DNA from: Octopus vulgaris
Lineage: Eukaryota
Direction: 5' to 3'
Assembly (NCBI GenBank): GCA_951406725.2
Contig: OX597825.1
Span: 19,220,001-19,284,000, forward strand
DNA length: 64,000 nt
The notes beneath the pieces were generated by a model. The model was not told where the DNA came from. It was given only the letters and a program-made list of their open reading frames with translations, and did not search any database. Shown here in pieces: positions 1-13,264 of this stretch (position 1 is the first letter of the stretch; each line of letters starts with the position of its first letter). The translations under genes and the position numbers were made by a program.

Positions 1-225
1 CTCAATCGAAGGAGAGGGGCTTCCTCCGTCCGGGTTGCGGATCCGAGGAATAAGCTGCTAGACGAGATGGTGAAGATGCCGACGACCGCTCGGTTCAAAG
101 TCTCCCTTGACCTCAAGTGGCCTGAACTCTTTACATGAACACCACCTTGTACATAACTCCATGTCCCCCTACATGGCCTTGTTTTTTGCCTTTTGAGCCA
201 AAAATTAACTAACTAACTAACTAAC
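1..225 (+). mobile_element. 3' end of a CR1/L2-group LINE (ORF2 C-terminus, 3' UTR, (TAAC)n tail)
   Basis: Frame 1 (1-138) reads LNRRRGASSVRVADPRNKLLDEMVKMPTTARFKVSLDLKWPELFT*. This is a decayed version of the CR1/L2 ORF2 terminal motif FS.RV...WN.LP..VV......FK..LD..W. A short UTR and a tandem AACT/TAAC tail follow at about 205-225. Confidence 0.8.
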
Positions 226-284
226 ATATATGAAAACAGACGTACAAGGATACATACATACATATAAGCATAGCGTCTTTCTTC

Positions 285-490
285 ATCTTGGTTCCAAGGC
301 CAGCGATTTAGGGTGAATAAGCTGATTAAATCACGCTTAGTACTCTCAACTGGTAATTATTTTTTACTCCCCGGAAAAGTGAAAGGCAAAGTTCACTTCG
401 ATCGAATTTGAACTCAAAACGTTAAGATGAACGAAAAGCTACTGAGGATTTTGCACGTTTTGTTGACGGTCCTGCCAGCCCGCTTCCTTA
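285..490 (-). mobile_element. Degenerate tRNA-derived SINE, family A
   Basis: Diverged match to the family-A block (…GAAAGGCAAAGTT/CGAC…GAATTTGAACTCA…) seen in better copies at 4781-5603 and 47326-47524. Confidence 0.7.
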
Positions 491-575
491 CTTTCCCAGC
501 TATTAAAATATAAGAAAATGCAGTGAAGCCGGGCGCATATTCCCTCATGATAAACCTGATATATACAGGAATATT

Positions 576-725
<150 letters not shown>

Positions 726-3700
726 TACGAAACAGCAATGGAATTTAGTTAGAATAGATATTCATATTTGGTAGGTAAATTATTGACGAAGCAAAGAATA
801 TGGATGGAAAATTGCCTGTCTGTCACCTAATGTCACAATACCTCTTAATCGACGAGAATATTGCGTATGATGTTTCGCTAAGTAAAGCTTAAGTGACAAA
901 GAATACTTCAGAAGACTTTGGAATATATGGATACCTGAGCTGTCTGCATTCAACAATTCTATATTCCACAACGTTTTTTTTTTTAAATTCCAGTTCTAGT
1001 ACCAACGCCTGTGATATTTAATTGAACACTTAAAGATATCCGAAAAATGCGCATCAGGACTAGGTCACAGACAATGACTGCTAACCTTCCTCATTAGTAG
1101 TTAAAATTAGGGACAGGCGCAAACGCATAAGTTCAATTCAAACGGTTTTGAATACTGCATCGTATCACTTAGACAATACCTGTTGTACAGAAAGAGAGAA
1201 ATTAGTGCATCACGTGCATACTCATTAGTGAAGGTAATTACACAATGAGATTAGGTGAAGAATTCTTGAAATGCTACTCCGTGTGTTATCAGTACAACTT
1301 TTCTATGTGAACGAAGTGTAGCTGTACTAACTTTAACAAAAATGGAAGAGAATTATGGAGGAGAATATGCCAGCATAGCACATAGCAAGAATAGAAGCCT
1401 CTCCTGCTTCTGTGATAAATATACCATTTCTCATCTAGACGGCTGTATACTTATTATCTAAGGACAGGTGATTTTTTTTAAATATCAGAACAACAAGAGA
1501 GATAAGAAAGCGTCTGAATATCTACGTTGTTATTGAAAATGTTGATTATACAATGCTAGCTTGGTAGATATCTCCCTTAACATCAGCAGTTGGCATAAAA
1601 CAAACAAACGTACATCCGCAATCTTGTTGCTATCCGAATGTAGAAGCGAAGTTCTGAATTCATAATAAAAAAGTGACATCTTTAAACATAAGACGCACCT
1701 TAAAATGCCCATTATACAGCATTTGTAAGGGGGACGTTGCACATTATATCAGCATTCTTGTAGTACTATGGATCTGGATTGTAAATAGCAAATTAGCAAT
1801 GTAATAAATTGTCTTAGATGTGGAACGAGTATTGTGAAAAAGCATTTCCTAGCATATATCATCAAATAGCATCTAAAATATATACCTATCTACTGATAGT
1901 TATGCTATAGAACCAAAGGAAAAATAATCTACTAGAGACCTTGTATTTGACTGTTGTAAAAAACTCGAGTTCTACCTAACCGTGTTTGTCATCCTGTTCG
2001 AATGACGATATATCCTGAATGCTATTTACAAGAATATGGCTAAGGAGCAGGATACAATTATGACATAAAAGCACTGGCCCATGATAAATTCTAAATGTGT
2101 AAATGCCTCTACATTGGTGAATGTGTTTCACAATAATTGCTACGATACATTGTCATGCATTATGAACAGTAAGGAGTCGACGACTTTCTTATTAAGAAAA
2201 CTGCATTGTTTAAATATATTGACGATATGCATTGATTATGTGAAGACGTATTCCTCATTCGTGAATACTAGAAACATTACGTCTTTCTTAGTTTGAGAGT
2301 TGATGCTATTAAAACACTGGCTATAGTAAGGGGTGAAAATAAAGAAAAAAAGGAGTTCGAAAATAAATACTAATCATCGAAGTTATCCCAGGGAAGACAC
2401 CTTATCTGTATTGTTGTTTGTCTTTTACAGGAATACCTTGTCAGCCTCTCTAAATAAATGCCAAAGATAACAGTCGTGATGAGTTGAGAATATAAGGTTT
2501 TAACGTCATCTAGTTTTTATCGATAACCCGAAGTAGTGTCTACGAGAGAAAAAACAGAACCGGTCAAAAGATTTTTCCGTGATACGAGGATGAAATGTGG
2601 ACAGGATATGCATTTATGTATGAGTATCAAATAAGCAAATATAGCTTACCTATCAGCATTTTCTTTAATGCTGTAAGTTTCTAAGTTTCTCCGAAACGAT
2701 GTTAATGTTTTAAATGATGGAATTGTAAATGATGGAATTGTAAAACTCTGATAAGAACAGAATACGTTAACAGACTTCGTCAGGTATAGAAGTAAGGTGT
2801 CCGCATTCAATTTCATAATACCCCACAATGATTTCTCAATATCAATTCTAACACTAAAATCTACATGATTGGACATTTGAGGACCAAAACAAGAACATCA
2901 AGATCAAGAAGACAGCTTCTTACTTCCACGACAAGGAACATCTTGTTATGATGTATGTTAGCCAGAATAGGGAGACAACTGCTCGAAGTTATTCCAATTG
3001 CTGCATCGAATCACTTATTAAACAATATAGGGATGAACGAGCATATTAAATGCATTCTAAATCATTGATGCAATAATAACATCTCGATGGCAGACAAAAA
3101 AAATAATAAATAATTCGTACCCTAAGGGTACATTTTCCCGATGTTACCAGCAGACTGACAGCAGTATTCATTAAAATCATATGGAAGAAACATCACACCA
3201 GCAGAAATTTATGTATGGGTGCATATTATGAATACTAGTAAATGAAAAAGTAGTTTTTCTTTAACCTATGGGAGATATACTGCATACGATATAAAATGTG
3301 ACGTTGTTATACAGAACGAAAAATATTTATTGAATAAATAACAGATACGATAAGGATATTTTCAAACAAACGCATCTCGATAAAAAAAGGCCAATTGTAC
3401 TTTAGTAGAGCAAAAGCTAACATCTTTATCATCATCATCCTCATAAGCATCACCGCTCCCCCTCCAACACCAGCAGAGTAGTTCCTTCACGCGGATATGA
3501 CATTGTTGCCAAACACTACGTAGAGTGCTAAATGTAGGGGGAAATTAATCTGATAATTTACTAAAGAAAGCTCATCGGAGATAAATGGCACCCATGTATC
3601 TTTTTTTTTTAAATGACAAATGCTGGATCGTTTCAATAATTACAGCTATCCCCCGATAAAACACCTCTGATCATGTCTTCTAGCATAAGAAACGAATGTT

Positions 3701-4089
3701 AAGAACTGTGTTTAAGTTCAGCTGTCTATAGGATGAGAATATATTAAAGTTACAAAAAAATAGCAACAGCCATGTTAAACGACCGCAAAACTTACCGCTC
3801 TTGTTTTTGCCTACACAGTTCCATTTATATCTATTATCTTAGTGCTCTGAGCTATATAAACGTATATATATATATTCGTGTTCTGCAAGTACTAAGGAAA
3901 CAGAGTTGCATGCTCTAAATTCAATGAATGCGGGGTAAAGTTATGATTTGTATGATATTCATACAATGAGGTATTTGTTTCTTCACTTTTAGTTGAATAT
4001 ATGCATATATGAGCACTAGGTATACAGCTACATGCGCTTATGAAAGCAAGTAGAAAAGAGACATTTGCACTCATTACTTGAATATAAGT

Positions 4090-4400
4090 GGAGGTGCAAT
4101 GGCCTAGTGGTTAGGGCAGCGGACTCGCGATCGTAGGATCACGGTTTCGATCCCCGGACCGGGCCTTGTGAGTGTTTATTGAGCGAAAACACCTAAAGCT
4201 CCACGAGGCTCCGGCACGGGGTGGGGATGATCCCTGCTGTACTCTTTCACCACAACTTTCTCTCACTCTTTCTTCTGTTGGCCTGCTCGTTTAGCCAGCG
4301 GGTTGGCGTCATTTCAAGGTTAAAACAATGCGAAGCGCATTGTGACCAGCGATGTGTAGCAACATCTGATAGCCTGGCCGGTCACGTCACGTCACGTCAC
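4090..4400 (+). mobile_element. tRNA-derived SINE, family C, tail type 1 ending in (GTCAC)n
   Basis: The head GGAGGTGCAATGGCCTAGTGGTTAGG…GGTTTCGATCCC has pol III box A and box B-like motifs. The first ~180 bp are shared with copies at 11.0-11.35 kb and 50.5-50.85 kb. It ends in (GTCAC)4. Confidence 0.85.
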
Positions 4401-4780
4401 TTGAATATAAAGCATACTCACACGGGTACCTGTAAACTGCACCAATACCCACAGAGATGTGAATGTATTTTGTTTGTGCCTGAGTGTGTGTGCGTGTGTC
4501 CGTGTGTGCGAGAGTGCAATGCGTGCGCATTGAGCACAATTTTACAAATCAGAGATTCCTTTTCATTTGCAAATACTTTCTTGATATTAACTACGAGTCC
4601 TCGGGGAAATAGTGTTCTGAGCACAGAACATTCTTCCGAACATTTTCTAATGAAACGGTCATAAAATCTGAAATATTGTAATGCAAAAGTACAAACCAAC
4701 TTTTCGTATTATTTTTTTATAACTTCTATTGTTTTCGCTTTATTAAAACAAAAATTAAATACACCCATATATGTACATTC

Positions 4781-5603
4781 TTTTCTATTCCAGGCACATG
4801 GCCCGACATGTTGGGGTAGGGGTCCAGTCGATTAGATCGACACCAGTACGCCACTGGTACTTGATTTATCGAAACCTAAAAGGATGAAAGGCAAAGTCGA
4901 CCTCGGCGGAAGTTGAACTCAAAACATAATTTTTAATACTCTAGGCACAGGACCCGACATTTTGGGGTAGGGGTCCAGTCGATTAGATCGACATCAGTAC
5001 GCAACTGGTACTTCATTTGTCGAACCCCGAGAGGATGAAAAGGAAAGTCGGCCTCGGTGGAAGTTGAACTCAAAACATAATCTTTTCTATTCTAAGCACA
5101 AGAACTTGAAATTTTGGGGTAGAGGGCCAGTCGATTAGATCTATCCAAGTACACAACTAGTACGTACTTAATTTATCGACCCTGAAAGGATGAAAGGCAA
5201 AGTCGACCTCGGTGGAAATTGAACTCAAAACATAATATTTTCTACTCTAGGCACAAGGCCCGAAATTTTGGGGTAGGGAGCCAGTCGATTAGATCTACCC
5301 AAGTACACAACTGGTATGTACTTAATTTATCGACCCCGAAAAGATGAAAGGCAAAGTCGACTTCGGCGGAAGCTGAACTCAAAACATAACCATTTATACT
5401 CTAAGCACAAAGCCTGAAATTTTGGGTAGGTGTCCAGTCGATTAGATCTACCTCAACACACAACTGATACTTACTTAATTATCGAGCACGAAAGGATAAA
5501 AGGCAAAGTCGATCACGGCGGAATTTGAACTCAGAACGTAATGACAGACGAAGTACCGCTAAGCATTACGCCCGGCGTACTAACGTTTCTACCAGCTCGC
5601 CAC
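4781..5603 (-). mobile_element. Family-A SINE with its 3' ~150 bp tandemly amplified (5 units)
   Basis: Units begin near 4781, 4930, 5081, 5238 and 5391, each containing GGCACAAGGCCCG…CCAGTCGATTAGATC…GAAAGGCAAAGTCGACCTCGGCGGAA.TTGAACTCA. Only the last unit continues into the tRNA-like head (5520-5603). Confidence 0.9.
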
Positions 5604-5605
5604 CT

Positions 5606-5770
5606 TACACATATATGTATAATATATATATTCGCACACACTCACACACACACACACACACACACATGTATCTATATATATATATGTATATGCATATATA
5701 CATAAATATATACATATATATATAAAAGTATACACAGATACATATATATGTCTGTGTGTGTGTGTGTATG

Positions 5771-5802
<32 letters not shown>

Positions 5803-6017
5803 TATGCTATATAACTAGTTCCTACTATGCAGATACAAGACTTAGATATGAAGAGAAAGCAATGAAATTCACGCTTTTCTGCAGTCATTAGCGACGTTAC
5901 TGATGAGAAATGGCTACAATTAACAATCTGAAAGTTTCTGATAGTAGTGTGTCTCTCCGTCTCTTTCTCTCATTCTCTCTCTGTATATATATACATATAT
6001 ATGTGTGCGTATGTGTG

Positions 6018-6109
<92 letters not shown>

Positions 6110-6112
6110 CAT
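5606..6112. repeat. (TA)n/(CA)n/(TG)n microsatellite cluster
   Basis: Read directly from the sequence; explains the overlapping Y/I/H/T ORFs. Confidence 0.9.
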
Positions 6113-6353
6113 ATCAGTTTGTCTGTATTGATTGGTAATGCTTATTTAAATGTTTAAATGTTCCTCTCGAGTATCATGATACATTCATTTTACAACATTC
6201 TTAATTGAAATGTCAAATTAATTGAAATAACAAATTAACACACTATAAAAATCTTTCCGCCTAGTCTGATGTTGACGCTTTTTTTCTAGATATTGGTGCT
6301 TTTTTAACTCGCCATTGTTGTGCTTTTTTAAATTGTGTAATTTATTTTATCTC

Positions 6354-6355
<2 letters not shown>

Positions 6356-6433
<78 letters not shown>

Positions 6434-6462
6434 CATTATTATCATTATTATTATCATTATTA

Positions 6463-6533
<71 letters not shown>
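6356..6533. repeat. (ATT)n microsatellite, about 175 bp
   Basis: Near-perfect ATT array with a few ATC interruptions. Confidence 0.97.
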
Positions 6534-6746
6534 TTGTTAATTAAAGGTGATATTCGCTATAAATCATCTGGATGGTTTTTTTTATTTTGTTTCTTTTTTC
6601 TTGTAGACGAGTGGAAATTTTGCTACGGTAATATATGTTGTTTACATACACTCATAAAGACGTCACGCTGATAATATACATGACAACCTATTTACAACGG
6701 CTTCCTCCTTACCATTGTGGTTTTTGCCGCCTTCGATATTGTTGTT

Positions 6747-6747
6747 C

Positions 6748-6798
<51 letters not shown>

Positions 6799-6930
6799 TG
6801 GTGGTGGTGGTTGTGGTGGTGGTGGTGGCGGTGGTGTTGATCATCATCATCATCATCATCATCATCGTTATCATCATCATCATCATCATCATCATCATTA
6901 CCATCTTCATGATCATTATCATGGTCATTA
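6747..6930. repeat. Compound trinucleotide repeat (GAT)n-(GGT)n-(CAT)n
   Basis: Read directly from the sequence; the outer blocks are reverse complements of each other. Confidence 0.95.
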
Positions 6931-9900
6931 TGCAGTCGATGCTCTCGCTCTCAGCCCAATGTAAGCACTGATCAGGCAGGCATATAATAAACAAAAAACG
7001 TGTTCCGACAGAGACAATCCGGTTTTTTTTTAAATGTTTCTAGTTATCATTTTTTATCACTAGCTTCTTGCTTTTCAAGGTATTCTCTTTGGAAGACAGG
7101 ATTTCCCAACTATAGATGATGTTGATAGCGATTTCTTGCAACAGCATTGAGTTTTTAATGGCATAATGGGTTCGCTTCTGGTTTGTAATGGTCCCCTCAT
7201 TGTTTGCCTTTTATTAATGCTGATGTCACAATTCTCGTCATCGTTCTTCAAAGCAGACAAGAAAATAGCCAATAGCATTTCAACTATAACTAACAACTAG
7301 TTAAATATATTTACATGTATTGTCTACCCAGGACTACATAATCGAATGAGTCGTGACCATTTTAAAGAAGTTATAGGTGTGATCTGTGGGAGATACAGGT
7401 ACTATTTTTAACCAAATGGAGAAACTTCGTAGAGACTACAGAGAGGATGTGATTTCTTAATGAGTAGGTTTTATTATTTTCAATTAGCAAAATGCACGGA
7501 GTTCTCAATGACTTGTGTTGATAATTAGTAAAACAAAATTTCAAGTGGTGGAATAGATATTATTCACATTATTTACATATCCATATTTGTCAAAGTTAAA
7601 GCATATTTGGGTTTATGGATTTACTAATTAGGTTAATACTAGAATCATTACGTCTTTCTTAGTTTGAGAGTTGATGGCTGATAATTGATTCGACGCGAGT
7701 GCATGATAAACGACAACATTGCTCAAGATACAACGCACTGAGACTAAATCCGAAACTTTATTATTTCAAAGATAGCTTCTCCGCTATTCAGGAATGCCTA
7801 CTTTGTCACAAATGTATACACTCACACACACCCACTATCTCTCTCTCTCTCTTGCTCTCTCGCTCCCTCTCCACACACACACATGCACACATTCTAAACG
7901 TGCCCTAATGTTGTCAAACACCTGTACACAGACATAAATTTTACTCTTTCGTTCTCTCTTCCAATCCATGTCTTTTCCCTTTCACTCTCTTTATCTCTCC
8001 TGCTCACACTTTTCCTGTCTCTCATACACACACTTGTATCTAACCTTATTCAATAGACGACTCCTTCATATATCAACGTATCGACAACACTTTTTGTTCA
8101 ACTGTATATTGACTATACCCTCGCTGTTACTATTTTTTGATTTGGATAAGAAAATTCTACGTAATCACGTAGTCTACTAGCAATGGAAGAAAAATATCCC
8201 TCAAACATCATCGTTTACTCAGTCAAACATGGAAGGATACATTGGATAATGTAATCTCAGATACATAAGGAATACAGTGTGCTCATTCAATCAATGGGAT
8301 TGGAACCCGAACAAGAAGTTTGTGAAACAAACTGTGTAATCACACACACACGTACATACACACACAGAAACAGACACCATGAAAAAATCTACATTGTAAA
8401 AATTCTTCAATACAACGCTATGTGATGTCTGCAAATTACCATCCTCCAGAGCGCTTATAACAATTGTTCTTTTTTACGAGCCACACATAGTATATATTCC
8501 GCAGGTTTTAATAGCACGGCGGTATGACGTTCATGCCTTTAGCATTGTCTATGAATTAAAATAACTGCGATCAGGTTTAAGAATCATACAGTGAACTTGT
8601 TTTTGCTTGGAGCTTAATTTTTGGTCTGCAGAATTCACTATACTTGATAATATGTAGTAGGAAATATTTGAAGTAGTTGACATAAAGAAAAAAAGAACAT
8701 ACAAAAATAACTTTTATTCTGATAAAATTTATTTCATGACAGAGAAATGTTTTCGTATGGAAATTATTTTTTGTTGTTGTTGGTATTGATATTTCTTTTA
8801 CTTTTATCATTTTCACGATACAGATGTAAAGTGCCTTGAAGCAATGTATATAAATTCAAATTTCTTTGCAAATCTCAGCCTCACCTCAATATTGATTTAC
8901 AATTACAGTTCAATATCACAGAGGACGATATGTTAATGAAAAGTAGGTTGTTGCATGATACAAAATTAATTAGATGACTTTCATGTGTACATAGTTTTTC
9001 TTTTGAAGGAAAAAAAATCACTGTCGCATAATTTTTCCCAAGACTTACACAAAGCTTAAAATAAATAAAATGGTAAATATTTTTTTTTAATAAGAGAAAT
9101 GAGCGAATTAATAGTTTATCAAGCAAATAAGGAAAAAGAAATCATCTCACCTCTAGAGAGATTAATCTGAAAAACATCTGTCCAAATATATAGTATATAT
9201 TTCCATATAAATGTCTTTCCACAGCCATATTGAAAATTACAGTAAGTTCAAACTAAATTCTCTTTTAAAGTAGGAAAATAAAAAGGACATTATCAGGAAG
9301 TTTCAGGAGGATATAAATTAATATTCAAGAAATTATTTTCTTATGGTTGTTCAGCTTATTGGAAGCCAGACACTGAGAGATTTGTTGAGATTTCATTTCC
9401 ATAGAATACTATATTAGCAGAGCAGTTCTACGTCATGGGAAATTGTGGTGATTTCTATAGACATTATATTCACCTGGAAGTGTCAGTTTGTAACTATAAA
9501 GGAAATATTATAAGTTAGAGCAACTACAGCGGTTTATACATAATATGGAGATTTACAAGGCGAGATCAAACCGTTATTGTTCTTTCATTCATTAATTAGG
9601 ATAAAGAAATAACGGATGATTTCAGCAAATGAAATATACAATTACTGGAAACAATATAAAACCAAAGTGAACTCAAATGTCCAGTGCAGAACAACATGCA
9701 GAAACTTCGAGGCATCAACATGCAATGGTGGATTAGTCATATTCTTTCTCTATTTACAGATCAGTTTTGTAGCGTTCTATATGGTCATAAGAGAAACAAA
9801 GTGCTTCAAAATGTAAAAACATATATTATACACCCGATTCGTGTGTAATCGATAAAATGTTATACAAAAGGTGCCAAGAAAGTCGTTGAGAAATTAAAGA

Positions 9901-10523
9901 ATAGCTTAAGCAACAATTATGTGCTAACATCCGTCGTCTATGAACAATTCATGTACGATGATTCTGTGAATAAACATAAAGATATAGATAGATAATGCTA
10001 AATACATTGCCCGGTCTCTCCTAATTGAACATATATCTACTCATACTTCCCCCAAGACACTGAATTTTGACATCGCTACAAAATATTCATCGTGAGAAGT
10101 TTAGTAATGCATTTATATTTTGATCCCTTGCTGAAGTTCATGATAAAAGGAAACATCTAATGAATGTTAAATATGTGAGATCCTACGAACCGCGTTAACA
10201 CTCTGTATAAGTAACAAAGCAGCATCGGAAGCCAACATTATCTTTCTAAACACGAACATTTGAAGGTCTTTATGTTGAAGCTGAGAACTTAAAAGTTCGA
10301 AATGAACAACAAATATTTCTTTGAAGATATGAATAATCATGAGGAAAAATTATAAACTATAACATCCGCGTTTTCAGGATAACACTTGTGATTCTGAGTG
10401 TATGCGTACCTAGTTCACCACTGTGTGTTTATGTGTGTTTGAATGCCTGTGTTTGTTTCTGTGTGGGAAATGTGTTCGTGTTTGTGTGTGTGGGAGGTGA
10501 TCGTGGTTGTCTCACTTACGTTA

Positions 10524-10709
10524 CAAGTACCATAACTGCCAATTATAAACCCACGTTGGTTTGTTTACATTTCTGAAGAAAAAAGAAACCCTTTTCTCCC
10601 ACCCCTAACCCTAACCCTAACCCCACATATATAAAAAAAAAAACTTTACGGAGAGTGACGATCTTCTTCTTCAAATGTAAACAAACACACGTGGCAGTTA
10701 TGGTACTTG
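10524..10709. mobile_element. MITE-like element with ~45 bp inverted arms and internal (CCCTAA)3
   Basis: CAAGTACCATAACTGCCA…ACGTTGGTTTGTTTACATTTCTGAAGAA (10524-10580) is the reverse complement of TTCTTCAAATGTAAACAAACACACGTGGCAGTTATGGTACTTG (to 10709), apart from an 11-bp insertion and a few mismatches. CCCTAA repeats lie at about 10603-10623. Confidence 0.75.
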
Positions 10710-10990
10710 AACCGAAAGATGGCCAATTACTCTTGTTCTGGATGTGACCTTTTATCTGTTCTGCTTAACGTTTCATAACATAGAGATATACAAAATATGT
10801 ACAAGTAGCGAAAAAACATCCAGGTCGATGAAGGTGAGGCTTTAAACCCGTGAAATCCTTTCTCCAGCATGGCTGTAGTCCAGTGACTGATGGCAATTAC
10901 AACATTACAAGAATTTGTGCCGGATTTGAATCATTTTTTCTTTTAGAAATCCATCAGCTATCCGGATCACGCTACTAACGCTGCTTATTT

Positions 10991-11353
10991 CTGACGATGA
11001 GGGTCCCAGCTGATACGATCAACGGAACAGCTTGCTCGTGGAATTAACGTGCAAGTGGCTGAGCATTCCACAGACACGTGTACCCTTAACGTAGTTCTCG
11101 AGGAGATTCAGCGTGACACAGAGTGTGACAAGGCTGGCCCTTTGAAATACAGGTACAACAGAAACAGGAAGAAAGAGTGAGAGAAAGTTGTGGTGAAAGA
11201 GTACAGCAGGGTTCACCCCCCCCCCTGCAGGAGCCTTGTGAAGCTTTTAGGTGTTTTCGCTCAATAAACACTCACAATGCCCGGTCTGGGAATCGAAACC
11301 GCGATCCTACGACCGCGATCCGATGCCCTAACCACTGGGCCATTGCGCCTCCA
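10991..11353 (-). mobile_element. tRNA-derived SINE, family C, tail type 2
   Basis: Reverse complement matches the head and body of 4090-4270. It then diverges into a different ~180 bp tail (…AAGGGTACACGTGTCTGTGGAATGCTCAGCCACTTGCACG…). Confidence 0.85.
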
Positions 11354-11739
11354 CACTACTCTCCAGTACAAGCGGGGGTAGCTGTTTGTTAGTTGCACCG
11401 CAGTGTAAATCTTTGTGAATGATATTTGAGAGAAATACGTCCAAAATTCTGAGTATCATACGAGATTAGATGTGGTTTCTATGCCAAATTTGCGACCCAG
11501 CTTTTTGCGTTTGAAGCTAGTTTATTTCCCTTACATCTATAACACCATTAAGAAACAAAGATACTATCTCATAACTCCCCTTTATATATCTAAGTTATTG
11601 ATACTGTGTCAGAAAGCAATATTGTTATCTAAAGATTATCAAACTACAGAGAGTCAAGATGAGTTTACGACAAAAGTTTTACTAAGGTGAAGTCGATTTT
11701 CTCCATCGATAATATCGCAGCAAAAGCAGCAAAATATAA

Positions 11740-12120
11740 ATAATAATAAAATTAATAACAATAACAAAAACATCAACACCAATAGTAACAACAATAGTAA
11801 TAACGAAAAAATAACAATAATAATAATAAGAGTAGTAGTTGTTGTACTAGTAGTTGTGGTAGATAAATAAATATAGTAGTAGCGGCAGCAGCCGCAGCAG
11901 TGGAGGTAGTAGTAGTAGTAGTAGTAGTAGCGGTGGTGGTGGAATTGGTTCTGGCGGTGGTAGTAGTAGTAGTATTAGTAGTATTGGTGGTAGGTAAATA
12001 AATATGATAAATAAATATAGTAGTAGTGGCAGCAGCAGCAGTAGCAGCAGTAGCAGCAGTAGTAGTAATAGTAGTAGTAGTAGTAGTAGCAGTCGTAGCA
12101 GTAGCATTAGTAGCAGTAGC

Positions 12121-12159
<39 letters not shown>

Positions 12160-12244
12160 GGTTGTCGTGGTGGTAGTAGTAGTAGTAGTAGTAATGGTGG
12201 TGATGGTGGTAGTAGTAGTAGTAGTAGTGGCGGTGGTAGTAGTT

Positions 12245-12292
<48 letters not shown>

Positions 12293-12300
12293 TAGTAGTA
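11740..12300. repeat. Compound trinucleotide repeat (AAT/AAC)n-(AGT)n-(GGT)n-(AGC)n with internal duplication
   Basis: Read directly from the sequence. GATAAATAAATATAGTAGTAG.GGCAGCAGC occurs at about 11862 and 12006. Confidence 0.93.
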
Positions 12301-12889
12301 AGAACAATTGAGCGATATATGTACAATAAAATTATACCCTACTACAAGTATATGGCTTTACCCCCCCACCCTCATCCCCACCCCGAAAAATATAATAATA
12401 ACAACCAATATCACTGTTCTGTGATATCTCAGGATTATATAGATATCGCTGTAGACAAAGACTTTGACTTGTTTAAACGAAAGTTGAAATACGATACTTT
12501 CGCTAAGATACAATGATCTGATAATGAAGAGAAATAATAATGTTAGAAATCACGGTAAATTGCTGTGAATAACAAGCAGAATAAACTCTTTAGCATCTCC
12601 ATGAAAATAACGTCGTCCTAATATTTGTCCATTGTGCTGTATCTTATTTGCGTTGACTTTATCATCTCTAATTCTGGTATCATTGCTTATTAACAACACA
12701 TGGTTATATAGAGGCACATAGTCGTTAGAATTTAATATTATCTTTTTTTCTAAACTCAACAGGTACTTCAGATATATTTATGACAATAACAGATAACCAA
12801 TTTAGAAATAATATCTACAGTAAATTTCCCAGACATAACATTACGCGCATATTAAATATGAAATATAAAACTGCTGCTTATATGTTCGT

Positions 12890-13208
12890 GTCTGTATGTG
12901 TATGAATACATATATACATACATACACATACACATATATGCATGTATATTTATATATTATATATATTATATATATATGGATGTATATAAGCATTATATAT
13001 ATATATATATATATATATGGATGTATATATGTATTATATATATGCATATATATATGTATGTATATATATGTGTGTATATATATATATATATGTATGTATG
13101 TATAAATATGCATATATATATATATGTATATATATATATGTATTATATATATATATATATGCATATATATATACATACGCTTGTATGTATATATATATAC
13201 ATATATAT

Positions 13209-13262
<54 letters not shown>
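12890..13262. repeat. Imperfect (TA)n/(TATG)n microsatellite field
   Basis: Read directly from the sequence. Confidence 0.93.

Positions 13263-13264
<2 letters not shown>

Noticed and set aside
4090-4165. tRNA-like sequences at SINE heads (also about 11280-11353, 27406-27475, 50770-50846)
   Set aside because: Box A/B-like motifs are present, but there is no clean cloverleaf and each continues into a SINE body.
4221-4699. 147-aa and 93-aa ORFs
   Set aside because: The longer one starts inside a family-C SINE, both cross TG-rich low-complexity sequence, and neither has a recognisable domain.
4781-5603. Regularly spaced repeats suggestive of a CRISPR array
   Set aside because: Whole ~150 bp units are homologous with no unique spacers. 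They derive from a SINE, there are no cas genes, and the context is eukaryotic.
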